Assembly (NCBI GenBank): GCA_944331875.1
Contig: CALVJA010000005.1
Coordinates: forward strand, 24,134-88,133
From: an uncultured Clostridia bacterium
GTDB lineage: Bacteria; Bacillota; Clostridia; Christensenellales; DTU072
Reading direction: 5' to 3'
DNA: 64,000 bases
Shown: positions 9,670 to 19,198 of the stretch, piece by piece
Numbering within the stretch: the stretch's first letter is position 1
Layout: each line of letters starts with the position of its first letter
Notes under the pieces: generated by a model
Database searches by the model: none
The model's input: only the letters and a program-made list of their open reading frames with translations
Told to the model about the DNA's origin: nothing
Made by a program: the position numbers and the translations under genes

Positions 9670-11106
9670 ATGTTGGTTTACGAGCGCGAGATAAAAGCCT
9701 TGAAAAAAGCGTTTAACGAAAGCGACGACATCATTTTCCGCGAAATATTGTCGGGGGAAAAGCGCGTTACCGTCATTTTTGCCGACGGCATGATAGATAT
9801 GCGCGACGCGGACATGGGCGTGTGTACTCCCGTCATACGGGCAAGCGGAGAATTTGATCCGGACCTTAAATCGCTTGCCGGCGTCATACAGACGGTACAG
9901 AAGCTGGACGAGGTCTCCGCTAGAAAAAAATTCGTCGAATCGGTCGCGCGCGGCGCCATGGGCGTCGTCATCGACGGCGCCGAGAAATATTTTACCGTCG
10001 CGGTGCACGGCTATCCCACGCGCTCCATAACCGAGCCGCCTACCTCTTCGGTCGTAAAAGGGCCCCGCGAGGGCTTTACCGAGGACTTCAAATCTAATAT
10101 GGTGATGCTTAGAAGAAGGTTCGGGAGCGGCAAACTCGTATTCAAGCCGATGGTACTCGGAAGATACACGAAAACGCAGATACGCATCGCATACGTAGAC
10201 GGCATAACGGACATGAAGATAGTAGAGGATATTTTCGAAACGCTGTCGAAAATAGACATCGACGGCGTCGTCGATTCCTCGTATATATCGTCGTTTTTGG
10301 AAAAGCGCGCCTATTCGGTATTCAAACAGGTGGGCGCAAGCGAGAAGCCCGATATCGTCGCTTCCAAGCTTCTGGACGGCAGGGCGGCGATAATCGTGGA
10401 CGGTTCGCCGATGGTATTGACGCTTCCGTTCGTGCTGGTCGAAGATTTCCACGATTCCGAGGACTATTACCGTCGTCCGATTAGGACGGGGATGATAAGG
10501 CTCATGCGCCTACTCGGGATATTTTTTGCGGTGCTTCTCCCGGCGGTATTCGTCGCGCTGACGTCCTTGCAGTACCAGATACTGCCGCTGGAGCTTATGA
10601 TAACGGTATTGAACTCGACGTCGGGGATACCGTTTTCGCCCGTGTTGGAGATGCTCATAGCGCTGATATTTTTCGAGGTCCTCGGCGAAGCCAGCGTCAG
10701 GATGCCGAGGTATTTCGGCATGGCAATATCGGTGGTCGGCGGCATAATCCTCGGCGAAACTGCGGTGCAGGCGGGCATTCTAAGCTCCCTTACCGTACTC
10801 ATCACCGCGATGTCAAGCATAGGCCTTTTTGCGATACCCGACGAGGTGGGCGCGTTCAGCGTAATCAGGATAGCGCTCGTTTTCGTGGGAGCGACGCTGG
10901 GTATCTACGGGATAGTGCTGTCGGTCGCGGCGCTCATCGCCTATGTTTCGTCGATGGAAAGATACGGGGTCGCATATCTTACACCGTTCGCGCCTCCGGT
11001 AAAAAGGGAGATGGGTGACGCCGTCCTGAAACGCGCGGTCAAAGACACCGAATTCCGTTCCGCCCGCATCAATAAAAACAAGAGGAGACTTCAATATGAA
11101 GAATAG
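9670..11106 (+). CDS. Spore germination protein, GerA/GerKA family (A subunit)
   Basis: Conserved GerA-family segment ITEPPTSSVVKGPREGFTEDFKSNMVMLRRR with C-terminal TM helices. The start is uncertain: the ORF track begins at TTG 9643 and the first ATG is at 9670. Confidence 0.8.
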   Translation: MLVYEREIKALKKAFNESDDIIFREILSGEKRVTVIFADGMIDMRDADMGVCTPVIRASGEFDPDLKSLAGVIQTVQKLDEVSARKKFVESVARGAMGVVIDGAEKYFTVAVHGYPTRSITEPPTSSVVKGPREGFTEDFKSNMVMLRRRFGSGKLVFKPMVLGRYTKTQIRIAYVDGITDMKIVEDIFETLSKIDIDGVVDSSYISSFLEKRAYSVFKQVGASEKPDIVASKLLDGRAAIIVDGSPMVLTLPFVLVEDFHDSEDYYRRPIRTGMIRLMRLLGIFFAVLLPAVFVALTSLQYQILPLELMITVLNSTSGIPFSPVLEMLIALIFFEVLGEASVRMPRYFGMAISVVGGIILGETAVQAGILSSLTVLITAMSSIGLFAIPDEVGAFSVIRIALVFVGATLGIYGIVLSVAALIAYVSSMERYGVAYLTPFAPPVKREMGDAVLKRAVKDTEFRSARINKNKRRLQYEE

Positions 11107-12202
11107 TCTTTCCCCTTCCCAATATGCGGTGACGTCGATAATATTGATGTCGGTGTTCAAACTCTCCGCGCTTCCCGGTATGCTTGCGGCATCGTCGGGA
11201 AGAGATATATGGATATCCGTTTCAGTAATGCTTGCGGGAGAGATACTGACGCTTGCGTTTATCATCCCGGTTTCGGTCAGGGGCGGGCTCATGGCCGTGG
11301 GCGAAAAATACGGCAATTTCGTGTATTCGCTTATAGCGGTACCCGTTATTGCTGTTTCGGTGATCAAAATATTGGTTTATGTCGCCGACGTAAACGCGTT
11401 CACGAGTTCGTATTTGTTTTACAACACATCCACCGACAAAGTTGGCATAGTGTTCGTGATAGCCGCGGCGTATATCGCGACCAAGGGTTTCAAAGGCATA
11501 GGGAGGAGCGTGTTGGTCGCCGTATGGTTTATCCCTCTGATACTTATAATAGGGCTGGTGTTCGGCAAAGCCGACCTCGATTTCGCGAGACTGAGACCCG
11601 TAGCGGCGTCGGACGCGGAGCATCTGTTCCGCTCTTTGGATTCGTCGCTGTTTTGGGGCTTCGACCTGAGCCCGCTCATGTTTTGCAGCCTGAAAGGGAG
11701 CGCCGAAAGATCGAAAACGGCGACTAAAAGGATCTATATATCGGTCTTCGCCGCAGTGACAGCCGCCTCGGCGGTCATCGCATTCGTATATGCGGCGTAC
11801 ATCGCCGTCTACGGCGGCGCGACGTATATCTCTCCGCACGCGTTCGCGGCGCTGGGTTCCTTTAACGTTGTAAATACGGAGATAGGCAGCATCGATTGGC
11901 CCGCAGTCGTGACATGGCTTGCGTTTGCGGTGCTCATGATATCGTTTTCGTTCGCCGCCGTCGGCGAAGGAGCGAAAACATACGGTATAAAGGCGCCGAT
12001 CGCGATAATCTTCGCGGCGATCGCGGTATGCGTTATCGGGCCGTTGTTTTTCTATAATTTCGAAAAAGCCGTCGAATTTGCGAAAACGCCGATAAAATAC
12101 GTCGTTTTCGGTATTAATATATTGCTTCCGCCCGCCGCATTCATATTAGTAATGCGAAAAAGCGCGCGCGGGCAAAGGAGAGCGTATGAAGCGCGCGTAT
12201 AA
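11096..12202 (+). CDS. Spore germination permease (GerAB/GerKB family, APC-like)
   Basis: 368 aa, polytopic membrane protein. AGAGGAG RBS. Overlaps the A-subunit stop by 11 nt. Confidence 0.75.
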   Translation: MKNSLSPSQYAVTSIILMSVFKLSALPGMLAASSGRDIWISVSVMLAGEILTLAFIIPVSVRGGLMAVGEKYGNFVYSLIAVPVIAVSVIKILVYVADVNAFTSSYLFYNTSTDKVGIVFVIAAAYIATKGFKGIGRSVLVAVWFIPLILIIGLVFGKADLDFARLRPVAASDAEHLFRSLDSSLFWGFDLSPLMFCSLKGSAERSKTATKRIYISVFAAVTAASAVIAFVYAAYIAVYGGATYISPHAFAALGSFNVVNTEIGSIDWPAVVTWLAFAVLMISFSFAAVGEGAKTYGIKAPIAIIFAAIAVCVIGPLFFYNFEKAVEFAKTPIKYVVFGINILLPPAAFILVMRKSARGQRRAYEARV

Positions 12203-13298
12203 ATGGATAGCGTTCGCGCTGTGCTTTGCGGCTTTTCTGCTGCTGGGTACGGAGTCCGTGTCTTTGACGGACAGAGCCGTCGTTTTGGGGCTCGGAATAG
12301 ACAAAGGCGAGACGGGTTACGTAGTGTCCGCGCAGATAGCGATGCCCGCAAAGGAAGAATCGAAAAGCGCGGGGTACATCGTCGCCATGGCGGAGGGCTC
12401 CACCGTCAGCGGCGCGCTGGACGTCCTGAGCCGCGAGGCGGGAAAACTGATATCGATGTCGCACTGCAACGTGGTGATACTCGGCTCCGGAGTCATACAG
12501 CACGAGGCTGTATCCGTTTTGGACTATGTGGTAAGGAACGCGTATCTTAGCGAAAACGCCATCCTGCTGGCGTCTACCGGGCAGGCTTCGGATATACTGT
12601 CCGCTAAGCCCGCTTTTTCGGATATGTCGAGCCTGTATATACAGAATATGATGATGAAATTCGGCTATTACCCCGTGCGCGCCCACAGGAACATCAAAGA
12701 ATTTTTGGTTTCATATAACACCACTAGATCCGCAAATTGGATCCCGATAGTGTCAATGACGGAAACCGAAAAGCCCGTTTCCGGCGAAGCGGGATCGGAA
12801 AGCGGCGAGGGGAACGCGGAGTATCTGTTCGATTTTACGGAAACCGCCGTGTTTTCGGGCGGGAACTACGTAATGAAACTTCCCGAAGAGTGCACGCGCG
12901 GAATAAACTATGTGGAATCCGTACTCGAAGAGGGCGCTTTGACGGTGACGGTCGGGGAGGCGGTCTATAACTTTTTCATAGTACGCTCTAAATGCAAAAA
13001 GAGTTTTTCGCGCGACATGACGGCGCGCTTCGACATAAAGCTGGAGCTTATACTAAAGGAAGTGATAACGAGCGGGACCTCTGTCCCCGCCAACATATCC
13101 GAGCCCGGGGAAAGAGTGGATCTTTCGGTCGCGGAGGAAGTGACTTCCGCCGTCCGCGCGGCATACGAAACGTGCATGGCGGAGGGAGTGGATATATTCA
13201 ACCTTTACGACGGTTTTTACGGCGTATTCGGCGACGATTGGGACGGCGACACCGCGAGGGCGAATATCAATATCGCGGTCGACTTGAGTTACGTTTGA
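12186..13298 (+). CDS. Ger(x)C-family spore germination protein (C subunit)
   Basis: 370 aa with an N-terminal hydrophobic signal followed by DRAVVLGLGIDK, typical of GerAC. AAAGGAGAG RBS. Overlaps the B-subunit end. Confidence 0.75.
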   Translation: MKRAYKWIAFALCFAAFLLLGTESVSLTDRAVVLGLGIDKGETGYVVSAQIAMPAKEESKSAGYIVAMAEGSTVSGALDVLSREAGKLISMSHCNVVILGSGVIQHEAVSVLDYVVRNAYLSENAILLASTGQASDILSAKPAFSDMSSLYIQNMMMKFGYYPVRAHRNIKEFLVSYNTTRSANWIPIVSMTETEKPVSGEAGSESGEGNAEYLFDFTETAVFSGGNYVMKLPEECTRGINYVESVLEEGALTVTVGEAVYNFFIVRSKCKKSFSRDMTARFDIKLELILKEVITSGTSVPANISEPGERVDLSVAEEVTSAVRAAYETCMAEGVDIFNLYDGFYGVFGDDWDGDTARANINIAVDLSYV

Positions 13299-13978
13299 TG
13301 TTCACCCGAGGCGATATCGGAGATTATCCTGTTCGCCATCACAAGCCCCATCGCCGAGGTAACGGGCATGAAGCTGTATAAAGCGGCGCCCGCCGTTACC
13401 TGTTCGTCGCTGTACACGACGGTCGCAGACGGTATCCCGCGGGCTCTCAGCCTCGAGCGCATGGCGCGCGCCATGGGGCAGTATTTTGTCGAATAGATGT
13501 CCGCTACCTTGAAGCGCATGGGATCGGTCTTGTTCGCGGCGCCCATCGCCGACAGAACGGGTATATCCAGCTCCTTTGCCGCGGCGATAAGCTCCGTCTT
13601 TTCGGGGAGCGAGTCTATGCAATCGGCGATATAATCGGTTTTTTCGGAGAACATTTCCTTGCCGCCCGTATAAAACGCGCGTATCCCCTTTACCGAGATC
13701 GAGGGGTTTATGTCGCGGACGCGTTCCGCCCATACCTCGGCTTTTGACCTTCCCAGAGTGGAATTGAGCGCGCCAAGCTGCCGGTTGAGGTTACTTTCCT
13801 CGAACACGTCGCCGTCGATAAGGATAAGTCCGCCTATACCGGAGCGCGCCAGCGCTTCCGCGACGGTGCCGCCCACTCCGCCGAGACCCACTACCGTCAC
13901 GACCGCGTTTTGCAGGCGGCAGAACGCCTCCTCGCCGATAAGCGGTATCAACCTTTCGAAGGGGCTATGCGTTTGCAT
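13289..13978 (-). CDS. tcdA: tRNA threonylcarbamoyladenosine dehydratase (ThiF/MoeB-like E1 fold)
   Basis: 229 aa with VVGLGGVGGTVAEALARSGIGGLILIDGDVFEESNLNRQ. The size and lack of a rhodanese or Cys-rich C-terminus fit TcdA. Confidence 0.7.
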   Translation of the reverse strand: MQTHSPFERLIPLIGEEAFCRLQNAVVTVVGLGGVGGTVAEALARSGIGGLILIDGDVFEESNLNRQLGALNSTLGRSKAEVWAERVRDINPSISVKGIRAFYTGGKEMFSEKTDYIADCIDSLPEKTELIAAAKELDIPVLSAMGAANKTDPMRFKVADIYSTKYCPMARAMRSRLRARGIPSATVVYSDEQVTAGAALYSFMPVTSAMGLVMANRIISDIASGEHQT

Positions 13979-15416
13979 CGTCCGGCTCCGCGATCTCGGC
14001 AGTTTCCGATCCGGCTCCCGCTCTCAGCGCCGCGAGCGCTTCCGAGACGCGCCGTTTTTTGTCGCCTACCAAGTCGTAAAACAGTATCGGCACGGCGGCG
14101 AGAAGCGAGGTTATCCCCGGTATTATCGTGTAAGCGAAGTATACGCCGCGTCTGGTTTCGAATGTGTATTCCGCGGCGGTCGCGGAATAGCCGACAAGAT
14201 CGCTGAACACCGTGGCGAGGCAGACCGCGGAGCCCAGAGCCAGCGTTACCTTTACGGAAAACGACAGCACCGCATACGCGACGCCCTCGGTGCGCCGTCC
14301 CGTTTTATGCTCGTAGTAATCGACGGAATCGGCGACCATGACCATCGGCATAATGTTCACCGCGCCGAATTGCAGACCCACCAAAAACAGCGTTGGTATC
14401 AGCGCGCCGAGGTGGAAATTCGTTGCCGTACCCGCAAAAAACGCGGCAATGCTTGCGACGAAACCGTATACGCTCATCGCGACGAAAACCTTTCTTTCGT
14501 CGAATTTTTTTATGAGTATCGGAGTCAGCGCCATCGATATCATAGTGCCTGCGGCGGTGGATACGCCCAGGATTATGATAAGGTTCTGACCGCCTAGTAT
14601 CGCGCTTGCAGCCTGCACCTGTATAGCCATGGCTCCCTGGCGCGCGAAGCCCAGAAAGTACGAAAGCATCACCAGGAGCAGATATTTATTGCTTTTTATG
14701 GCGCCGAACATCTCCTTGAACGTCATCTTTTCGGCGCGGTAGGGGACGCGCTCCTTGCTGAAAAACGAGATGAGCGCCAGCATCGCCGTGCCGATAACGC
14801 CTATCGCGACGGCGCCCCACAGGTATTCCGCGATCGATAGAGTGCCCTCGATGCCGGCGCCGCCGGGGACGATAAGGCACACCGCGGGCACGACGACATA
14901 GGGAGCCGCCTGACCTATCGAACGGAAAGTGCCCGAAAAACCGATGAGATTTGTCCTTTCGCCGGAGTCGGGAGTGAGAACGGCGCTCATCGCCTGCGAG
15001 GGTACGTCCGCCATCGTCATCGCCATGCTCCACAAAGTCGTTATCACGAATATGTATGCGAGAAGCCCGGCGCCCGAGAGGGGAACGTCGATAAACAACA
15101 TTATCGTGAACGCAACGAGCGGCAGCGAAGCGTATAAAATAAAGGGTTTCAGCTTGCCTTTGCCGGTGTCGCGCTTTCTTTCTATCAGATTGCCGACGAC
15201 GGGATCGAACAAAGCGGAAACTATCTTCGCGGCAAGTATCAAAAAGGGGACCGCGACCATTTCCTCGGCGGTCAGTCTTTTGGTCGTCGAATAGAATTCC
15301 AGCTGATACGAGTTCAGATAGAACACCACCATCTGAAGTCCGAAAAGACCCACCGAATAGATGAGGACTTCTTTGAAAGACATATATTTTTTTGGTTTTG
15401 ATGAGATATCGGTCAT
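13965..15416 (-). CDS. MFS/GPH-family (glycoside-pentoside-hexuronide:cation symporter-like) transporter
   Basis: Polytopic membrane ORF. I place the start at ATG 15416 (MTDISSKPKK...), which has a GGGAGGG RBS, rather than the track start at 15551. Confidence 0.65.
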   Translation of the reverse strand: MTDISSKPKKYMSFKEVLIYSVGLFGLQMVVFYLNSYQLEFYSTTKRLTAEEMVAVPFLILAAKIVSALFDPVVGNLIERKRDTGKGKLKPFILYASLPLVAFTIMLFIDVPLSGAGLLAYIFVITTLWSMAMTMADVPSQAMSAVLTPDSGERTNLIGFSGTFRSIGQAAPYVVVPAVCLIVPGGAGIEGTLSIAEYLWGAVAIGVIGTAMLALISFFSKERVPYRAEKMTFKEMFGAIKSNKYLLLVMLSYFLGFARQGAMAIQVQAASAILGGQNLIIILGVSTAAGTMISMALTPILIKKFDERKVFVAMSVYGFVASIAAFFAGTATNFHLGALIPTLFLVGLQFGAVNIMPMVMVADSVDYYEHKTGRRTEGVAYAVLSFSVKVTLALGSAVCLATVFSDLVGYSATAAEYTFETRRGVYFAYTIIPGITSLLAAVPILFYDLVGDKKRRVSEALAALRAGAGSETAEIAEPDDANA

Positions 15417-15505
15417 AGCGCCCTCCCGACTAATTATGACACAGCGCGGCTCGATTGTAAATAAAATTTTGATCCGTCGCTTGTCCGGGCGGACGATATA
15501 TCGCG

Positions 15506-17692
15506 TCAGATGCCTTTCAAAACCGCCGTCGTGTTCATATAATTCCTCCACGCCTGTGCATAGCGGGTATAAACGGTGGTGCTTGAATTCGTCAGCGTCG
15601 CCGTAGACACATATATCGCAAACGAGGACGCCAGCATGGAACGGTTGAACGATGAGCTCGTTATCGTAGGTGCAGTGAATGTGCTCGGGAGAGTTTCCGG
15701 CTCGAAGCGTATCGCAACGAGAGCGGGGCAGTCCGTGAACGCGAACGAACCGATATTGGTGATGTGGTTCGGAAGGGTCACTCTTTCGAGAGTTTCAAGC
15801 CCCGAAAAAGCGAACGGCAGGATATCGTCTATCGCCGCGCTTTTGACGCCGGAGCACAAAATTCCGTATAGATCTATTTCGATAGTGTCTTGATCGGTGT
15901 ACTCGGACACCATGTAATTTACCTTCGTTTCGTCCCTTGTGATGCCTGCAATGAGCGAGCCCTCGGCGGCAGCGGTGTTTTTGTCGAAATATACCCCCGA
16001 AGTGAACTCCGCAAACGGGGTACGCGCGTATACATACAGCGAATCGTACAGATTTGCGGTTTCGTAGATGTTTTGGGCGAGGTCGAACGAGTACACCGTC
16101 GGTACGTCGAAGTTTTCGTTGTCCTTGACGGCGACGAGCCATTTTTCGATATACATATCCGTCGTACCCGCCGGCACAACGATATCCATCGACGGCACGA
16201 TGTCGCCGCTGCCGGCGACGGTCTTTTGTCCGAACGCATATGTGCCGTAGGAGGGAACGGTCTCGGCGGCGGCTCCGGTAAATCGTACGATCCCCGCGGG
16301 TACGTCGTCGAACGCCTGACCCGCGATAAGCGTCGTGCCGCGTTTTATCTCGTAATCGCCGCGCGTGGACACGGGATAGGCGTATATCAATGCGTTTCCG
16401 AGGTACAAAAGTCCGTCCTCGTAGTTCGTATAGTTACCCAGATACGCCGTCGCATAGCGCGCGTTGCCGGTGCCGAGCCTTCCGAACGCAAAACTTCCTA
16501 TATTCGTCAAATTCTCCGTTCCGGTAATCGTTTCAAGCGATACGGCGCCCCAAAACACCTCGTTGTAGATATCTGTTACGTTTGTGATGTCTATCGACTT
16601 AAGCCCCGAGTAGCGGAACGTGCCGCGCTGCAGCACCTTCAGCGAAGCGGGGAGCGAGATAGACGTCAGCGCCTCCGCCGAATCGAACGCGTATTCGCCG
16701 AGCGTTTCGACGGAATCGGGAAGGGTCACGGCGTTAAGTTTCGTGCAGCCTTGGAAAGCGCTTGCGCCCACCGATATCAATCCGTTCCCCTCGGCGGTGA
16801 ACGACTCCAGAGCAGTGCAGCCGCTGAACGCATTTTCCCCCACGGATACGACGGAGGCGGGGATGGTGACTTCCCTGAGCGCCGTGCTTTCGCTGAAACA
16901 GTACTCTTCCAATACCCGTATGCCTTCCTCTATGACGACCGTTTCCAAAGATGCGTTTTCGGAAAACGCCGCACGGCGTATGCCGTATATCTCCCGCCCG
17001 TCCGCGGTGGCGGCGGGTATCACTATGTCGGTATAGGGTACTGCGGTATATCTGAAGCCCGTGATATAAAGGTTACCGTCTATTTCTGAATATAAGAAGG
17101 ACGGATCGCTCGCTCCCCACAGTGCCCACAACACGAGATTAGAAGTCACCGGCTCCGAAAAATCGTACTTGACGGTGTAATCGGGATTGGTATACCAGCC
17201 GTAGAGCTCGTATCCCGACGGCGCGCCGGTGATATTTCCCGGGTCAAAGGCGGTCTCACCCGAGGCGACCACCTGTTGAGCGACGGAGCCGTATTTGGTG
17301 ACGAAGCTAACCACATATCCGTCCCCCGAGTCCGTTCCCTCGGAAGCGCGGCGGGCAAGCACCCTCAAGGTCATGTTGGCGACGAGCCCGTTTTCGGTAG
17401 AGGCGGTCAGCGTGACTTGACCCGTCCTCAGCCCCGTGACCGACGTCATATCTTCGTTTACGCGGACGATAGTGGAATTGGACGACGACAGCGTGTAATC
17501 TGCGCCGCCGGGAGAAGTGGTAACGGCGGGGATATACGTTACGCCGCCCTCGCCGCCGTCGGAAAGGTATATCTCCGCGAGCGGGGAATCGAAGTATATA
17601 TTCCGCGGATCGGAGTTGCACGAAACGGCGGCGGTCAATACTATGAGCCCCAGCGCCGCAGCGAGCAATATCCGCAAAAACTTTCCTTTCAT
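15506..17692 (-). CDS. Surface lipoprotein with an Ig-like (Big_2-like) domain, a Listeria-Bacteroides-type repeat and BspA-type leucine-rich repeats
   Basis: Start chosen at MKGKFLRILLAAALGLIVLTAAVSC (lipobox). Contains YELYGWYTNPDYTVKYDF (Flg_new-like repeat). Has many I/V-x-IP-x-SV-x-x-IG-x-x-AF-x-x-C LRR units. Confidence 0.7.
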   Translation of the reverse strand: MKGKFLRILLAAALGLIVLTAAVSCNSDPRNIYFDSPLAEIYLSDGGEGGVTYIPAVTTSPGGADYTLSSSNSTIVRVNEDMTSVTGLRTGQVTLTASTENGLVANMTLRVLARRASEGTDSGDGYVVSFVTKYGSVAQQVVASGETAFDPGNITGAPSGYELYGWYTNPDYTVKYDFSEPVTSNLVLWALWGASDPSFLYSEIDGNLYITGFRYTAVPYTDIVIPAATADGREIYGIRRAAFSENASLETVVIEEGIRVLEEYCFSESTALREVTIPASVVSVGENAFSGCTALESFTAEGNGLISVGASAFQGCTKLNAVTLPDSVETLGEYAFDSAEALTSISLPASLKVLQRGTFRYSGLKSIDITNVTDIYNEVFWGAVSLETITGTENLTNIGSFAFGRLGTGNARYATAYLGNYTNYEDGLLYLGNALIYAYPVSTRGDYEIKRGTTLIAGQAFDDVPAGIVRFTGAAAETVPSYGTYAFGQKTVAGSGDIVPSMDIVVPAGTTDMYIEKWLVAVKDNENFDVPTVYSFDLAQNIYETANLYDSLYVYARTPFAEFTSGVYFDKNTAAAEGSLIAGITRDETKVNYMVSEYTDQDTIEIDLYGILCSGVKSAAIDDILPFAFSGLETLERVTLPNHITNIGSFAFTDCPALVAIRFEPETLPSTFTAPTITSSSFNRSMLASSFAIYVSTATLTNSSTTVYTRYAQAWRNYMNTTAVLKGI

Positions 17693-17752
17693 ATCCGAAT
17701 TATAGCATAATCCTTTTCCCCATTTCAACACGATACGGAAATGTTCACCGGG

Positions 17753-18081
17753 ATTTCACCGCGCGCTCCCTTTGGAGCGCGGGGTGAAATGGCTCAAAAC
17801 TTCGCAAGCGAAGTTTTGAGCGTGAAATATTTTTGCTCCGCAAAATTGTGAAATAATACGACCTCGCGGGGTCGTATTGTGAAATAAATTGAAACTTCGC
17901 GGGGCAAAGTTTCAATTTGTGAAATAAAATTCGAACCGCACTTTTGCATCCTCGCACAAGCAAAAAGATGTACACTCCACCCGTTCAAGCAAAAAGTTTC
18001 GAATTTTGTTGCGGTCATTAGATTTATAATTTAAGATCGGAGTGAAGCGACCCTTAACAAAATCCGCAGACGATATTTCAC
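17753..18081 (+). repeat. Array of five direct GTGAAAT motifs separated by unrelated perfect hairpins and bounded by inverted ATTTCAC copies
   Basis: GTGAAAT occurs at 17784, 17822, 17848, 17879 and 17919. ATTTCAC occurs at 17753 and 18075. Every spacer (31, 19, 24, 33 and ~80 nt) is itself a palindrome with a different sequence. Confidence 0.7.
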
Positions 18082-18104
18082 ATTTTTATGGCGACGGCGC
18101 CGTC

Positions 18105-18141
18105 GTGTCGGTGAAAGTCGAAAATCGGCTTGAGCCGACAC
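18105..18141. repeat. Minimal 37-bp version of the GTGKCGG...CCGMCAC element (two termini abutted, no interior)
   Basis: GTGTCGGTGAAAGTCGAAAATCGGCTTGAGCCGACAC. It is preceded by the palindrome CGACGGCGCCGTCG, which also follows two of the longer elements. Confidence 0.65.
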
Positions 18142-18165
18142 ATATAAAAATATTCATTAAATCGT

Positions 18166-18194
18166 TTGATTTATTCATTTGAAGAGTGTAATAT
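18166..18194 (+). promoter_or_regulatory. Sigma-70-type promoter candidate for the amino-acid ABC operon
   Basis: TTGATT (18166-18171), 17-nt spacer, TAATAT (18189-18194). Confidence 0.5.
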
Positions 18195-18238
18195 ATATCG
18201 CATAACAGAAATTGCCTTAGGGCAGAGGAGAAAAGAAA

Positions 18239-19135
18239 ATGAAAAAGATCATCAGCATCATAGCGATCGTCGCGTTGCTTTGCGTGGGCGTTTTCGCCGT
18301 CACCGCTTGCACGGATGACAAGGAGACCATAACGATGTATACCGAATCGGGATTCGCTCCATACGAGTTTGTCAGCTCTTCCGGTTCCATCGTCGGAGTG
18401 GATGTCGCTATCATGAGCGAAGTAGCCGAAAGAATGGGAATGAAACTTAATATTCGTGACGTTGCCTTCGACTTCATCACTTCCAACGTTGCAAGCGACG
18501 CCGGACTTGCGGTAGGAGCCGCGGGACTCAGCATAACCGATGAGCGCAGACAGACCGTCGATTTCAGTAATATTTATGCAAGCTCGACGCTTGTCATCGT
18601 GTCCGCGGCAGCCAACGCCTACGATTCCGTAGCCGATCTCGCCGGCAAAACCGTAGCGGTTCAGCAGGGAACGAGCGGCGACCTTATCATAACGGACGCT
18701 GCGGACAGCGGATACGAATATGTCACGACCGACGAGAACGACGAAGAAATTACCGTTACCGTGACCGCAGCCGGCGCGACCGTGCAACAGTATCAGACGT
18801 ATGCTCTCTGCATGACCGAGCTTATATCCGGTCGCGTGGACGCTATACTTATGGATAAACTTCCCGCTAACAGTCTTGTCGCTACCGCTTCCGATCCGTC
18901 CGCTTACGCGATCGAAGACGCCTCCGATCTGCTTTCCGAAGACTTCGGCATAGCGTTTAAGAAAGGCGCCGACGAAACGCTGGTCAACACCGTAAATCAG
19001 GTCATAACCGAATGGCTCGCAAACGGCAACATGGCTGCGTATACCGAATACTACACCGCGCTGGACGCTTATGAAAAAGGAACGGGCGAAGCACCCGTAG
19101 CTCCGGACGGCTTGAAGCTCAGCTGGGACGTGTAA
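18239..19135 (+). CDS. Amino-acid ABC transporter substrate-binding lipoprotein (family 3 SBP)
   Basis: 298 aa with lipobox VFAVTAC, a periplasmic-binding fold pattern and GAGGAG RBS. Confidence 0.8.
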   Translation: MKKIISIIAIVALLCVGVFAVTACTDDKETITMYTESGFAPYEFVSSSGSIVGVDVAIMSEVAERMGMKLNIRDVAFDFITSNVASDAGLAVGAAGLSITDERRQTVDFSNIYASSTLVIVSAAANAYDSVADLAGKTVAVQQGTSGDLIITDAADSGYEYVTTDENDEEITVTVTAAGATVQQYQTYALCMTELISGRVDAILMDKLPANSLVATASDPSAYAIEDASDLLSEDFGIAFKKGADETLVNTVNQVITEWLANGNMAAYTEYYTALDAYEKGTGEAPVAPDGLKLSWDV

Positions 19136-19150
19136 TCACCGTTGAACCGA

Positions 19151-19180
19151 CGGCGGGGACGGAGTTCCCCGCCGTTTTAT
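19151..19180 (+). terminator. Intra-operon stem-loop/attenuating terminator after the SBP gene
   Basis: CGGCGGGGA-CGGAGT-TCCCCGCCG followed by TTTTAT. Confidence 0.55.
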
Positions 19181-19198
19181 CTTTATTAAGGAACGATA

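Noticed and set aside
17745-18018. Small ORFs inside the repeat fields (17745-17975, 17794-18018, 21068-21315, 46505-46968)
   Set aside because: They are composed entirely of the palindromic repeat units, have no RBS, and their frames are not conserved between repeat copies.
17753-18081. Possible CRISPR array (repeated GTGAAAT with intervening unique sequence)
   Set aside because: The repeat is only 7 nt and the spacings are irregular (26-40 nt). The 'spacers' are themselves perfect palindromes, and no cas genes are nearby. It is reported instead as an unclassified hairpin array.
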